Part shown: positions 44,581-55,683 of the stretch, piece by piece | Numbering within the stretch: position 1 is the stretch's first letter | Layout of the letters: every line of letters starts with the position of its first letter | Assembly (NCBI GenBank): GCA_963666055.2 | Contig: CAXWPH010000007.1 | Location: forward strand, 1-64,000 | Source of the DNA: Acidobacteriota bacterium | GTDB lineage: Bacteria > Acidobacteriota > UBA890 > WLXD01 | Length of the DNA: 64,000 nucleotides | Reading direction: 5' to 3' | Program-made: the position numbers and the translations under genes | Notes under the pieces: generated by a model | Seen by the model: only the letters and a program-made list of their open reading frames with translations | Databases searched by the model: none | What the model was told of the DNA's origin: nothing

Positions 44581-45365
44581 TGGCGGTGGCCAAGATCCAA
44601 GAACCGCCGCATCTGGTGGAGGATCTGCGGACCCTGTACCTGACGAGCATGGTCTCGCAGTGGCGAACGGTGACCGAGCAGGCGCGCCGCCAGCGGCAGC
44701 CTTATGCGGAGTACCTGGCCGATCTGGCGAGGCTCGAGGTGACCGGCCGGCGGGAGCGACGCATCCAGCGCCGCATCAAGGAGGCACGCTTCCCGATGCT
44801 CAAGACGCTGGATGCCTTCCGGTTCGAGGCGCAGCCAACGCTGGACCGTGACGAGGTGCTGGAGTTGTTCCGCTGCGAGTGGGTCGGAGAGGCGGCCAAC
44901 GTGGTGTTCGTCGGCTCCGTCGGTACCGGCAAGACGCACCTGGCGATCGCCCTCGGGATGGCCTGCTGCCAGCAGGACTACCGGGTGAAGTTCACCACCG
45001 CTGCCGAGCTCACCAACTTGCTCGTGGAGGCCAAGCAGGACGGGCGGCTCTCCAGAAAGCTCGAGCAGATGGCGCGTTACGACGTGGTCATCCTCGATGA
45101 GCTCGGCTACGTGCCGTTCGACAAGCAAGGAGCCGATCTGCTGTTCGGCTTCATCACCCGGGTGTACGAGCGCCGCTCGGTGGTGGTCACTACGAACCTG
45201 CCGTTCGCCAAGTGGTCCGAAGTGTTCTTGGATGCCACGGCGGCCGCTGCAGTGATCGACCGGATCGTGCACCACGCTACCGTGCTCAAGACCGAAGGCA
45301 ACAGCTACCGACTCAAGGCCGCCAAGGACAAGCGCCGCGGCCAACGCCGAAAGGGAGGACGATAA
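44580..45365 (+). CDS. istB: IS21 helper ATPase
   Basis: GSVGTGKTH, ILDELGY and IDRIVHH motifs. Confidence 0.95.
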   Translation: MAVAKIQEPPHLVEDLRTLYLTSMVSQWRTVTEQARRQRQPYAEYLADLARLEVTGRRERRIQRRIKEARFPMLKTLDAFRFEAQPTLDRDEVLELFRCEWVGEAANVVFVGSVGTGKTHLAIALGMACCQQDYRVKFTTAAELTNLLVEAKQDGRLSRKLEQMARYDVVILDELGYVPFDKQGADLLFGFITRVYERRSVVVTTNLPFAKWSEVFLDATAAAAVIDRIVHHATVLKTEGNSYRLKAAKDKRRGQRRKGGR

Positions 45366-45766
45366 CGCTGCAGGACCCCGCGGCCGTGGAAACTGCCGTG
45401 TCCGTGGAAACCGCAACGCGGTTCCCACCGCCACTTGGAGGACGCTCCGCGTACTCCACAGTTCGCACCGCTTCTACGACTACATAGGGGGTCCCTTTTT
45501 AACCCGCCGCAAAGGTCCCTTTACGACTTGCCATTACCACCCGTAGCGGCGTCAGCCGACCCGTCCGAATCAGGCGCCAACCGGGATCGCTGCGTCCCGA
45601 TCTTGGGTAGCACTTTGGGTAGCACTCGGTACCGACTATGGGTGCAAACGAGTACAAACGTGTCACCTAGTGCGAGAGCCAACAAACCCTACGATACAAG
45701 GGCGAAACGGCTATTCCGTGTCGTCATCGGGGGTTACGGCAAGGGGTCGGAACCGGGCGCATGCTC

Positions 45767-45805
45767 TTTTAAGTCCGCCGCGTCTGCCAATTCCGCCACC
45801 CCGGC
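45767..45805 (-). mobile_element. att-like 5' half of tRNA-Leu(TAA)
   Basis: GCCGGGGTGGCGGAATTGGCAGACGCGGCGGACTTAAAA, stopping at the anticodon loop. Confidence 0.85.
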
Positions 45806-45848
45806 AAGTCATTTAATAGCAATCACTTACAGTGATTTCGGAGACCAT

Positions 45849-46190
45849 TTAGAGCCTCCGGAAACCCCTTGGTCTCCACATAGGTGTCCATCTGAGAGAC
45901 GAATTCTGCGCTTCAAACACCGAATACGGCCTCTTGACGCCACCCCCGAGTCGCCGCCCTGCGTACCCCGCCGTGACGTTCTCACTCCGCGCTCCTTCGG
46001 ACACACGGTCCGGCTTTCTAACCGCGTCGAGCCGATGCCCCGGGCTCAGATGAGCGTACCGCAGTACCATTGCCAGTGATGAGTGTCCGAGCAACTCTTT
46101 CACGGTCACGAGGTCAGCGCCTGCCATTACCAAGCGGCTACAGAACGTGTGGCGCAGGGTGTGAAAGACCGCTCGCTGACGAGGTTGTAC
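45849..46190 (-). pseudogene. Tyrosine integrase C-terminal fragment
   Basis: FHTLRHTF...[17 protein letters not shown]. Confidence 0.85.
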
Positions 46191-46218
46191 AGGGTGCCCA
46201 TCGCGTAGCCGGTGTACT

Positions 46219-46341
46219 GGGCCGCCTGCACCCGAAGCGATGTTGTTGGAGCCGGCTACGCTCCCTTCGCCGGCTCCAACAACCTCTTGCCAGCACCGAT
46301 TCTATGAGTTACGAAGTGGCCCAAACACCTGGGGCAGGTCA
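46219..46341 (+). mobile_element. IS3 right-end remnant
   Basis: Diverged reverse complement of 32653-32775. Confidence 0.85.
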
Positions 46342-46417
46342 CTGGCAGTTGAACCGGCGCGCTGCCAGCAGGTAGGTTTGCGGTGATGTGTGAGGTGCCC
46401 TTGGGCGCAGGAGATCT

Positions 46418-48687
46418 TTGGTGAAAGAGCGTGAGCACGCAATTCGGTTCTTCGGCTTCGTCCTGGCGTTGACCGTCACCGGGCTACCGGTTGCGAGTGC
46501 CGGCGCGGTGGCCGGCGCGAGCTGGAGTGCGGCGTCTTTCGTAATGCTGGCTCAGGAGGCGCTGCCGGCGCAGATGCCGACGTTTCGGTCCGCGGTTACG
46601 CGCGTGCGTGTCGACGCCATCGTTGCCGACAAGGACGGCAACTTCATCGACGACTTGAAGGCGGACGACTTCCGGGTCTTCGAGGATGGGGTCGAGCAGG
46701 AGATCTTGAACGTCCAGTTCGTCAGCCTGACAAGAGGACAGGTCACCAACGTGGCCTCTCACGACGAAACGGTCACGGCGCGCGAGGAATCGCTCGCTGT
46801 GCCGGCGGAGCCCACACCCATCCGGCGAAGCCCTGCAAGTCTCGGGGCTGTTGTCTATCTCGTCGACCTGCCGAGCCTGGATCGAAGGAACAAGCAACGG
46901 CTAACCAGGACTCTCGAGAGTTTGTTCGAAGGGGAGGGTGACCTGCAGGTGCCGCGCAGCATGTTCATGATCGATAGCACGGGCACTGTTCGGGAGATGG
47001 CCCCGTTGACGACCGATCGTGAAGTGCTTCGCGATGCGGCGGCGTCGGTGACGGCGGAAGGGCTGACGAGCACGTCTATTTTCGCCCGCATGGAGCAGGA
47101 GTATCAGCCGATCATGCAGGTGGCGATCGACGCGGCGAATTCGCCGTCAGCGGGGGGAACCCCGACGATTTGAACCCGATCATGGTGCGCCAGATTCTCG
47201 AGAACCTCGATCGAAAGGCCGAGGTAGATGGCGAGCTCCAGCGTCTGCGCGGCGAGCAGACGCTTCGGACACTTCTTTACTTCACCAACGCCTTGTCGGC
47301 AATGGAGGGCCGTACTGCCCTCGTGTGGATCTCCTCCGGTGCGATGATCACCAAGGGGGGACCCTACTCGGCTTTCTCAGCAGCGGTGCGTGAGGCGGTC
47401 GACGCTCCGATGGGAACTTCGACTCTGGACGGGTTGGAACTCAGCCAGCCCATCCTCGACTTGATGGAGGAGGTGTTCGAAACCGCGAACACGGGCAACG
47501 TGAGCATTTACACGGTCGATCCGCGCCCGACCTCGGAGCTCAACAGCCTCGGCAAGAGTGCCACCGTCGGCAGCGGCGTGCTTTCCAGAGCCATGCGACG
47601 CTATGTGCGGCAAGCCTATCGCGATCTCACCATACCGCTCGTGGACCTGGCGGCCAAAACTGGCGGCCGGGCGTTCATCGGCTGGAGCGATCTCGACCGA
47701 GCGTTCGAAGAGCAGTACAACGACTCGACGCGATTCTACTTGATCTTCTATGAGCCACCGGCGCCACACGAGGATGGCGAGTACCACGAGATCGAGGTGC
47801 AGGTGAGCTACCCGGAGGCGGAGGTGCGAGCCCGCGCAGGCTATCGAGAGCTGCCGGATTCGGAGCTCAGGGCTCGCAAGTTCGCCGCAGCCTTGGCGCT
47901 ACCGGGCTCAGTTATGGGACGCCCGGTGCCCGCCGCCGCGTTCCACCGCTTTGAGCCCGACGGCGCGCCCAAGATCCTACTGGTTGCCGGGTTACCGCGG
48001 CCCGCAGAGACGATCACCGGTAGCTGGGCGCCCGCGTTCGGGGGAGTCGATCCCGCCGAGGATATCCCCGAGGAGCTGATCGACGTGCTCGGCATCCCGT
48101 ACTTCCTCGTGCATGCCATCGTGTTGGATCGTGCGGGCGAGATCAGCGGCGAGACTCACTCGTTGGTTCGGCCACGCGCCGATCTGGCCGAGTACGCACC
48201 CGGTGCTGCGTTCCGACACTTCCGGTACACGACGGAGTGGTCAGTCGAGCCGGGAACCTACGATATCCGGCTGCTGATCGCTGAAGGCGGCGGCGACCGA
48301 TTCGGCACGTCGAGGCTACAGGTGCAGGTTCCGTCAAGCGACGGGTGGACGATGGCGGATCCGATGCTCGGCATTCTGGACGCCGATGCCTCGTTCAGAC
48401 CCGTGGTAGACCAGGACATATCCGAGGGCATCCCGATCGCCGCGAGCGTTCAGGTCAGCGACGCGACGGACCCCTACGTTTCTGCTTCGATCTTCCATCG
48501 CGCCACGCGACGTACCATCGTCGAAGTGCCGGCCCATCCATTGCGGCCCGAGGGTCCGGGCGTATACGGCGGGGTTCTGCCGCTGCCGTATCTCGCCCCC
48601 GGCGAGTACGTGGTCGAGCTGCAAGTAGCGGATACGACCGCCGAGGCGGTCCGGCTGATGCCGCTGCGCGTGGTGGAAGGCCACTAG
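46418..48687 (+). pseudogene. Acidobacterial-type VWA domain protein, frameshift near 47150-47170
   Basis: PTFRS..VRVDAIV.DKDG..DLKADDF.VFEDG; LAAKTGGRA; Y.I.Y.P...DG.YH.I.V...VRAR.GY. Confidence 0.85.
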
Positions 48688-48779
48688 CCGGGCGAACTGC
48701 CCGCCGGAGATGAACCGGGGCGGACTCGTCGGTGGCTCACGGCGCAGCGGAATTCCGCGTCGCGCAGGACTCGGGTGAC

Positions 48780-48910
48780 TGGTACGACCTCGTGATGCAG
48801 AACGACGAGGTCATGGTGCACGGCGACTGGGGGTACGCGCTCGGCACATACTCCGGCAACGACAAGTACCTCAGTTTGGTTCGCCGAGAGGCGGATGGCG
48901 GATGGCGAAT
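48780..48910 (+). pseudogene. DUF4440/NTF2-like fragment
   Basis: GDWGYALGTY...KYLSLVRREADGGWR. Confidence 0.5.
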
Positions 48911-48977
48911 GGCGAATGGCGCATCGCACGGGAGATCTAGAACCGCGCACCCGACGAGGAATAGGCGGCGAGAACAG

Positions 48978-49030
48978 GACGAGACCGGGCAATACGAGGT
49001 GTATGTGCGGGAGGTATCGAGCGGACGGAC
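48978..49030 (+). repeat. Internal shard of the kinase-PD40 family (DETGQYEVYVREVSSGRT)
   Basis: Matches 16801-16853. Confidence 0.75.
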
Positions 49031-49050
49031 CGGTAGCGTCGTTAGCCAGC

Positions 49051-49329
49051 CTAGCAGGCCGTGGTGAAAGTGTGGTGGGTCTGGTTACGGCGAGTTGGGG
49101 CCAGATGCAAGGCAGCCTGACACAGGCGATGCCCTAGCCATCGTCGAGGAAGGCCAACGCTGCAAATGGCCCCGAATCGCCGTAACCCTTCTGGCGACAG
49201 GGGGTTGCGCGCGTATGCTGCGTCGTTCCTCGTCAACGATGGGGTATCCATCGCCTCCTCCTCTCTCCTTGCCTCCACTTCGCAAGTCCCTGTCGCCAGA
49301 CCCACCACACTTTCACCACCGCCTGCTAG
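49051..49329. mobile_element. 279-bp MITE copy 1 (CTAG-flanked)
   Basis: ~34-bp terminal IRs ctagcaggccgtggtgaaagtgtggtgggtctgg. Confidence 0.9.
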
Positions 49330-49333
49330 TGGT

Positions 49334-50614
49334 TCAAGATGGACCCTGACGAACGATCACGCCGTCTTTCATAACAAAGAACACGCGCTTCAGTTCCTGG
49401 ATGTCATCAAGGGGATTACGCGGTGTCGCAATGAGGTCTGCCGCCATTCCCGGAGCAATCGTTCCGCGCACCCCGGCCACGCCCAATAGTTCCGCGGCCG
49501 CTGTCGTCATGGAACGGAGTAGGTGAACGGGCGTCATCCCTGCCTCCGTAAACATGTCGATGCGGCTCATGGCCAGAGTCCCACGCGTATGCCCGGGTAG
49601 CTCAGTGACGGCATCGGAGCCGAAGACCATCGGAATCCCGATCCTCAGGGCACTGCTGATGCGGTCTATCTGCTGAGCATGCACTCTAGCCATTTCCTCA
49701 GCCGTGGGCCTCCGGTAGTCCTGCTGGCAGCAGGCCATCCACTCCTCGTCCGGGAACGGGGTGAACACAGCAGTGACACCATTTGTTTTTGCCAATTCGA
49801 GGTCAGCATCCTCGATCGCCCACAGATGCTCCATCGAGGTAACCCCGGCTTCAGCCGCATTGTGAGCGCCCTTGGCTGTCCAGGCATGCGCGGCCAACCG
49901 CCGACCGGCGCGAGCCGCCTCCTCTTTCATAAACCTAATGTCATCAGGCGAGTAAATGTAGTCCTGATCATCGACCACGATCTTGATCACCATCGCGCCG
50001 TAATGGACGTTTTCGCGGATGGCTTTGACCATTTCGTCCCGCGTATCGGCGAAGAAATACTCGGGCTCACCGAGATTTGGCCTGTCTGGCTGGAGGCTGA
50101 ACTGCCCTCCAAACGGGGCGATGATCCGGCCGGCATTGATCATGGTGGGGCCAACAATACGCCCCGCTTCAATGACACGGCGCAACTCAGTGCACGCGTA
50201 CGCCCCCTCATTGCCGACGTCACGAACGGTGGTGAAGCCTGCATTGAGCATCGACCGGCCGTTGATTACACCATCGAGTGCCCGCGCTGCATCGGAATCC
50301 TGCAGAGTGGTGAAGTAGTAATTGCCCGCGTCGCGTCCGGGACGAACGTTCATGCAAAGGTGCGTATGGGCATCGAATAGTCCCGGGAGGACGGTCGAGG
50401 TCGAGAGGTCCACAAGCTCCGCACCGTCAGGGATTGGAAGACCCGGGCCGACTGCCGTTACGACGCCAGACTCCACGATGATGATTTGGTTTGCCGCAGT
50501 AGTGCCAGACTCGGTATTCACCACCTGCCCTGCTCTGATCGCGATAACCTGGCTGGACGCTGGAGTCGCGTGGAGCCATATCGCGACGAGGCCCAAAGCA
50601 ATTCGACGCACCAT
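49334..50614 (-). CDS. Secreted amidohydrolase (imidazolonepropionase/prolidase-like)
   Basis: PGLFDAHTH, GFTTVRDVG, AAHA, EH and FGSD motifs. Confidence 0.9.
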   Translation of the reverse strand: MVRRIALGLVAIWLHATPASSQVIAIRAGQVVNTESGTTAANQIIIVESGVVTAVGPGLPIPDGAELVDLSTSTVLPGLFDAHTHLCMNVRPGRDAGNYYFTTLQDSDAARALDGVINGRSMLNAGFTTVRDVGNEGAYACTELRRVIEAGRIVGPTMINAGRIIAPFGGQFSLQPDRPNLGEPEYFFADTRDEMVKAIRENVHYGAMVIKIVVDDQDYIYSPDDIRFMKEEAARAGRRLAAHAWTAKGAHNAAEAGVTSMEHLWAIEDADLELAKTNGVTAVFTPFPDEEWMACCQQDYRRPTAEEMARVHAQQIDRISSALRIGIPMVFGSDAVTELPGHTRGTLAMSRIDMFTEAGMTPVHLLRSMTTAAAELLGVAGVRGTIAPGMAADLIATPRNPLDDIQELKRVFFVMKDGVIVRQGPS

Positions 50615-50743
50615 TTGGAGTCCTCCAAGAGGTACTGTTTAACTCGAAATCGGCGAGAAACGCGTGATCCGTGAACCCAAGGCCCTTGTCCTGCGGGCGT
50701 TTCACGTCCGGCCAAGACGCCTCCTGCAGCCCACATCGAGTTT

Positions 50744-50757
50744 AACTTGACAGTACC
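50744..50757. mobile_element. Solo IS6-type inverted repeat
   Basis: AACTTGACAGTACC, identical to 18541-18554. Confidence 0.6.
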
Positions 50758-50835
50758 CATCAAGGTGCTGCCTGCCGAACTTGCCTCTGACCCGGAGCAC
50801 CTCGCTCGCTTCTCCGAAGGGGCACGGCGCCGATC

Positions 50836-52473
50836 TCAGCCCCTTCCCTCGTGAACGACGCGACCCCCTACAACCGTGGTCTCTACCTGCAAGTCTTTTA
50901 ACGCATCCACCGGAATCTCGAAGGGATCCTCCGAGAGAACGATCAAATCCGCCAGCTTGCCGGTCTCGAGCGATCCTTTGCTGGCTTCCTCGAAACCCGC
51001 GTAGGCAGAGTACGTCGTATAGAGGCGAATCGCCTCCAACACGTCGAGGCCTTCTTCGGGGCAGATCGAACGACCACTTCGGGTTTTTCGCGCCACGACA
51101 CACCAGATGCTCCACCACGGATTCAACGCCTCGGGCTCCGTTCCCATACAGTCGGAGTTGCCCGGCGGCATGAAGCCCTCATCCAACAACGATCGATACG
51201 GGACGACCTTTTGACCCGGCGGGGCGGAGTCGAGCCAGGCATCCCCGTACCATCCCCAGGAGCTGTACGGAGTCGGAACCGGAATAATTCCCGACTTCTT
51301 CAAACGCGCCAGGCCCTCGGGCCAATAGTCGCCGGCGAAATGCTCGATGCGGTGACGATGATCCGATTTCGGGAAATCGCGCAGTGCGGCCTCGATGGCG
51401 CAGATCGCCATCTCCTGACCTTCGCGCGATGTCGCGTGCATCATCACGCGGATGCCGGCACGGTGGGCGCCGGCAACGAGGGCATCGAGCCGATCCTGCC
51501 CAATTCGAGGCCATTCTTGTGCGACGCCGTTCTCGTCACGCCCTTCGCCATCGACGAAGATCTTTGCGCTTCCGAATTTGATCCAGTCGTTGCCAAAACC
51601 GGTCTGCAAGCCAAGGTTCAACAGGGAGTCCATCTCCAGCGTATGCTGCAAGCCCCAAACGCAGGGGCAGAGCTGGACACGCAGGGGCAAATCTCCATCT
51701 CTGTAGAGTTCCTGATAAACGCGCGCGCTATCGGGCCAACTCACGAACTCGTGGATACCCGTCACGCCGAAACGACTGGCTTCTTCGCAGGTTTGGCGAA
51801 TGGCGCGACGCAGCTCGTCGTATTTCCAGGGGCTACTCCGCGGAAAGATCCAATCGATGCATTCGTTCACCACACCGGTCGGTTCACCGGTCGCAGAATC
51901 TCGGCGTACTCTTGCCCGCGGAGCGACTTCGTCTAACTCTTCTTGCGTCGGACGATCTCGGGTAATGCCCACGAGCTGAAGCGCCTTGCTGTTGAGCAGC
52001 TGTGAATGCGCGCTGTAGCGGATCATGACGGGGTGGCGCGGAGCAATTGCGTCGAGTTGATCCTTGCTGGGTGAGCTTCCGTCGACTTCGAGCGTGAACC
52101 GCCCCTGGCCGATGATCCACTCGCCGGCGTGAGTTTCCAGCGCCGCCTGCTTGACGAAATTCAAGATGGCTTCCTTGGACCCAGTGGTACCGAGAACTTC
52201 GACGTAGTCGACGGGTGGGATGTGGCAACTGGTAGCGAGTTTCGTATTGACGGCCGCACAGTCCACGTGAACGTGGGTATCGATGAACCCGGGAAGAACG
52301 ACGCGGCCCTCTAGATCGATCGTTCGAGTGTTCTTGCCGCACAGGGATTCGACATCGGTATTCGTGCCAACCGCAATGAATCGATCGCCGCCGACCGCCA
52401 GCGCCTGGACGGCAGAGCCCGCAGCGTCCATCGTGACGATCTTGCCGTTCAATAGGACCAGGTCCGCTTGCAT
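50836..52473 (-). CDS. Amidohydrolase 3 (YtcJ-like)
   Basis: PGFIDTHVH, KIFVDG, RHRIEH and GSLETGKLAD motifs. Confidence 0.92.
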   Translation of the reverse strand: MQADLVLLNGKIVTMDAAGSAVQALAVGGDRFIAVGTNTDVESLCGKNTRTIDLEGRVVLPGFIDTHVHVDCAAVNTKLATSCHIPPVDYVEVLGTTGSKEAILNFVKQAALETHAGEWIIGQGRFTLEVDGSSPSKDQLDAIAPRHPVMIRYSAHSQLLNSKALQLVGITRDRPTQEELDEVAPRARVRRDSATGEPTGVVNECIDWIFPRSSPWKYDELRRAIRQTCEEASRFGVTGIHEFVSWPDSARVYQELYRDGDLPLRVQLCPCVWGLQHTLEMDSLLNLGLQTGFGNDWIKFGSAKIFVDGEGRDENGVAQEWPRIGQDRLDALVAGAHRAGIRVMMHATSREGQEMAICAIEAALRDFPKSDHRHRIEHFAGDYWPEGLARLKKSGIIPVPTPYSSWGWYGDAWLDSAPPGQKVVPYRSLLDEGFMPPGNSDCMGTEPEALNPWWSIWCVVARKTRSGRSICPEEGLDVLEAIRLYTTYSAYAGFEEASKGSLETGKLADLIVLSEDPFEIPVDALKDLQVETTVVGGRVVHEGRG

Positions 52474-52488
52474 CCTCTAACTCATTCT

Positions 52489-52767
52489 CTAGCAGGCCGT
52501 GGTGAAAGTGTGGTGGGTCTGGTTGCGGCGAGTTGGGGCCAGATGGAAGGCGGCCTGACACAGGCGATGCCCTAGCCATCGTCGAGGAAGGCCAACGCCA
52601 CAGATGGCCCCAAATCGCCGTAACCCTTCGGGCGATAGGGGGTTGCGCGCGTATGCTGCGTCGTTCCTCGTCAACGATGGGGTAACCATCGCCTCCTCCT
52701 CTCTCCTTGCCTCCACTTCGCAAGTCCCTGTCGCCAGACCCACCACACTTTCACCACGGCCTGCTAG
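52489..52767. mobile_element. 279-bp MITE copy 2
   Basis: Near-identical to 49051-49329, same orientation. Confidence 0.9.
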
Positions 52768-53210
52768 GTCACCTTATCGAGCCGCGGAACGCCGCTGCGC
52801 GGCGATGACATGTAGTAGAAGAACTTGCCCGGTGAGCTCCCGGTGTTCTTCACTTTGTACTTCCAGCCCGTGGGATAATATGCGCAGTCGCCCTCTTTGA
52901 GCTCGTAGAATTCGTCCAGATTGGCGGCGTCTTTTCCCCACCAAACCGTAAACTCGCCATACAGGATGTAGTAGAACTCGTCACAGGCGCCATAGTGGTG
53001 CGGCGCCGTTCCATCGTCTTCTTCTTCGAGTGCGAATACGCACGTTTCATCACCCGGTTCCATGTAACAGACACCGAGGCGGCCCACGTTCTCCACCTCG
53101 AAGAGTTTCTTGATGGGAACGGAGATGTAGTGGCTGGCGTCGTGGCCGGGCCCCACCATCTTCACGTCGCCTTCCCTCACGACCTGCGGCTTGACTTCAC
53201 TTTCGGTCAT
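52764..53210 (-). CDS. Cupin domain protein
   Basis: HHYGACDEFYYILYG...LKEGDCAYYP; stop codon lies in the MITE CTAG. Confidence 0.8.
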   Translation of the reverse strand: MTESEVKPQVVREGDVKMVGPGHDASHYISVPIKKLFEVENVGRLGVCYMEPGDETCVFALEEEDDGTAPHHYGACDEFYYILYGEFTVWWGKDAANLDEFYELKEGDCAYYPTGWKYKVKNTGSSPGKFFYYMSSPRSGVPRLDKVT

Positions 53211-53584
53211 GGCGTTGGCTCCTCTGCGGGCCCGATGATTGCGGTATCTGACCTGACGAAGACCTCGGCGGCAGGCTGTTCCCAACCCTGCCAGCGGATC
53301 TCTTCGGTTTGATGGCAAGTGCCTTGGGTTTGCTGATAGCAACCCCGCTCACCCAGGGTGTCGACCCGCCATGGCCGCTACGCGATGCAGAGGGCAACGT
53401 CGTGCCGTTGCATGATCGGCTCGGGATTCTCAACCCGTTTGCTCGTGCCGCACCGCAGAAACGCTGAAGGTGCGCTCACCGAGCCCCCCTGGTTGCGCCA
53501 TGGAAACCGGCACGCGAATAGGGCTCCTACGATCCTCGTCCCCGGTCGCACTATGACGGCTGGGCGGCGCAATACAACGACGAC

Positions 53585-53692
53585 TTGCTCAACGATTACG
53601 GCTACACCGCCCACAAGATCGCATCGGTCGCTTTCGCTCACATCGTCGCGGATAGGCAAAGCCGGATCATCGACGTCGGCTGCGGTACCGGT
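53585..53692 (+). pseudogene. SAM methyltransferase fragment
   Basis: DYGY...IIDVGCGTG motif I. Confidence 0.55.
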
Positions 53693-53802
53693 CGACCGGC
53701 CCGGCAAACTCATCATCGCCCGCCGCAGCGGCTAGAGTGGAAGCGGACACCCTATGACACAGGCAGATATCGCCCGCGCCTAGCGCCGCCCACGGGCGAT
53801 CA

Positions 53803-53840
53803 ATGATCGGTAAGATGCTCGGCGCGCCGCCACTACCAGA
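53803..53840 (+). repeat. Degenerate kinase head remnant
   Basis: atgatcggtaagatgctcggc...cactac resembles 17187. Confidence 0.5.
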
Positions 53841-53926
53841 CCCTTCTTCCCTGTCAGCACCAGTGCTACGCGCGTGGATCTGTTCAAACTTCGTACAAAA
53901 GGCGCTTGCTTGCTTTTCCTGTCGAG

Positions 53927-55173
53927 CTACTCTCCCACAACAATGAGATCCAGCGGCGACTCTAGCGGCTGATACGCGGTATCCGCTTTGAACATCAGTG
54001 TATCGACGTAATAGGTGATTCCCGACATGCCGGGCGAGAAAAACTGGCTCTCGAAATTAACCACCGTCCCCGGCTCAAGAATCCTATCCGTCTCGGTATC
54101 CGTCATCTCGTAGACGTAATTGCCGACCCAATCGGGCGGAAACGCGAGGCCGAGCTCATACCCGCCGACCCAGGCGGCATCGGACCAAATGCCGACCTCG
54201 TCGTAATAGGCCCTGGTCTTGGTCACGAGCTCTGCAACCGGCAGGTTCGGACGCAGCATCTCGGCGATCACATCGAAAACACCCGTGGACCGCCGCTGAT
54301 AGTCCATCACGTCCTTGGTGGGTTCGCCGACGTGAAATGACCGTCCGGCATTGCAGTGATAGCGGTTGAACACGCCACTGACATCGACGTTGACTTGTTC
54401 GCCCGCCTTGATCACCTTTCGGCTGGCCAGCGAATGGCCGCAATTGGCTTTCAGCCCCGAATTCACCGGCAACGTGATTCCCGGGTTCTCTCCGCCTGCC
54501 TTCGCCATGGCACAGGCGATCTCGCCGTAAACGTCGAGCTCCGTGACACCCGGCCGGATGGCATTCTTCGCCGCCTGCAGACCGATGTCGGTGATTGCCG
54601 CGGCCTTTTCGATACAAGCGATCTCGGCCTCCGATTTGACCCAACGAATATCGCGTAAGATATCGCTCCCGTCGGTCACGGTCATATCAGTGCTCGCGAA
54701 AGCGTCACGAAACCGTTTGCTGATGGCGGGATTGGGCCGATAGCTGTGAAATTCCATTCCCACCGTGCCAGAAGACATCCAGCCCTGAGATTTCAGTTCG
54801 CCGACAATGAATGAAATCCCATCCCGACGCCCCCCCCCAGGGGGAAGATCCGGATGTCCTTAGCGCACGTCACGAAGCGACACATAATACCTTCGCTGGG
54901 CGTGTCGAACAGGATGAAGTCCTCACCGTCCTTGTGAATTGCAATTCCGCTTGTGGCGGGCCATTGTTTGGGGCCTTGCGCCTGATACCAGATGCATTTG
55001 TAGCCGCTCACATAGTAAAGGCTCTCAGGGGCCATGAGCCACAAGACATCAATGCCATTGTCATCCATGCGCGCCCGGATGCGCTGAAGGCGGTGTTGAA
55101 ACTCTTCCATGCTGAACGCCAACTCCACCTCGGGCTGGCACTCCTCAAGGGCACGGTCGCGATTGATTCCCAC
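53927..55173 (-). pseudogene. M24 creatinase/Xaa-Pro peptidase-like protein, frameshift at G9 tract (54830-54838)
   Basis: EFQHRLQRIRARM, RWVKSEAEI, RPGVTE and LEPGTVVNFE motifs. Confidence 0.85.
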
Positions 55174-55352
55174 TGACCCTCTCCTTCCTTGCCATGCTTT
55201 CTTCCCTTGACCCGGCAGTCTACGGCCTCGCAGTCACATCATGTCCGGAACGGATTTGTAACTAACCGTATGATCCCTGCCGCTTTGACCCTGCCACCTA
55301 GCTTACTCTCATCGACGAGAGCGGCCACTCATGACGACAACAGGAGCGTCCG

Positions 55353-55667
55353 GTGTATGACATCGATCCTTTGAGAACGGACCTCGCGGAAGAGTTTCGC
55401 AGCAACCCCGGCGGACCCCATAGCCCCGAGCTCACACTCGTTGTGAACCGGTTGCGAATCATGCCAATGGCTGATCTCCATATTCTCGTTTGCACGCAGC
55501 GCGGCCGCGAATGGATACTCGCCAGAATGCCATCGACACGCGGCACCAGACTGGAACTCTTCGAAGACCATGTCTTTGACGACTACTATGACGGTGTATG
55601 GGAGGTTTTCAAGAGACGTTGGCGTACGGTGACAGGCACAGACCTATCAGGAATGGATCGCCAGTGA
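55353..55667 (+). CDS. N,N-dimethylformamidase small subunit-like protein
   Basis: EF..NP.GPHS.EL..V.NRLR...WEVFKRRW; directly upstream of the large subunit. Confidence 0.65.
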   Translation: MYDIDPLRTDLAEEFRSNPGGPHSPELTLVVNRLRIMPMADLHILVCTQRGREWILARMPSTRGTRLELFEDHVFDDYYDGVWEVFKRRWRTVTGTDLSGMDRQ

Positions 55668-55683
55668 CCGTGGAGCTGGTTGC

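Larger units (their letters stand above)
42977..45539 (+). mobile_element. IS21-family element with 5-bp CCCGT target duplication
   Basis: TG...CA ends, ~50-bp IRs with repeated AAAGGGACC, istA and istB. Confidence 0.95.
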
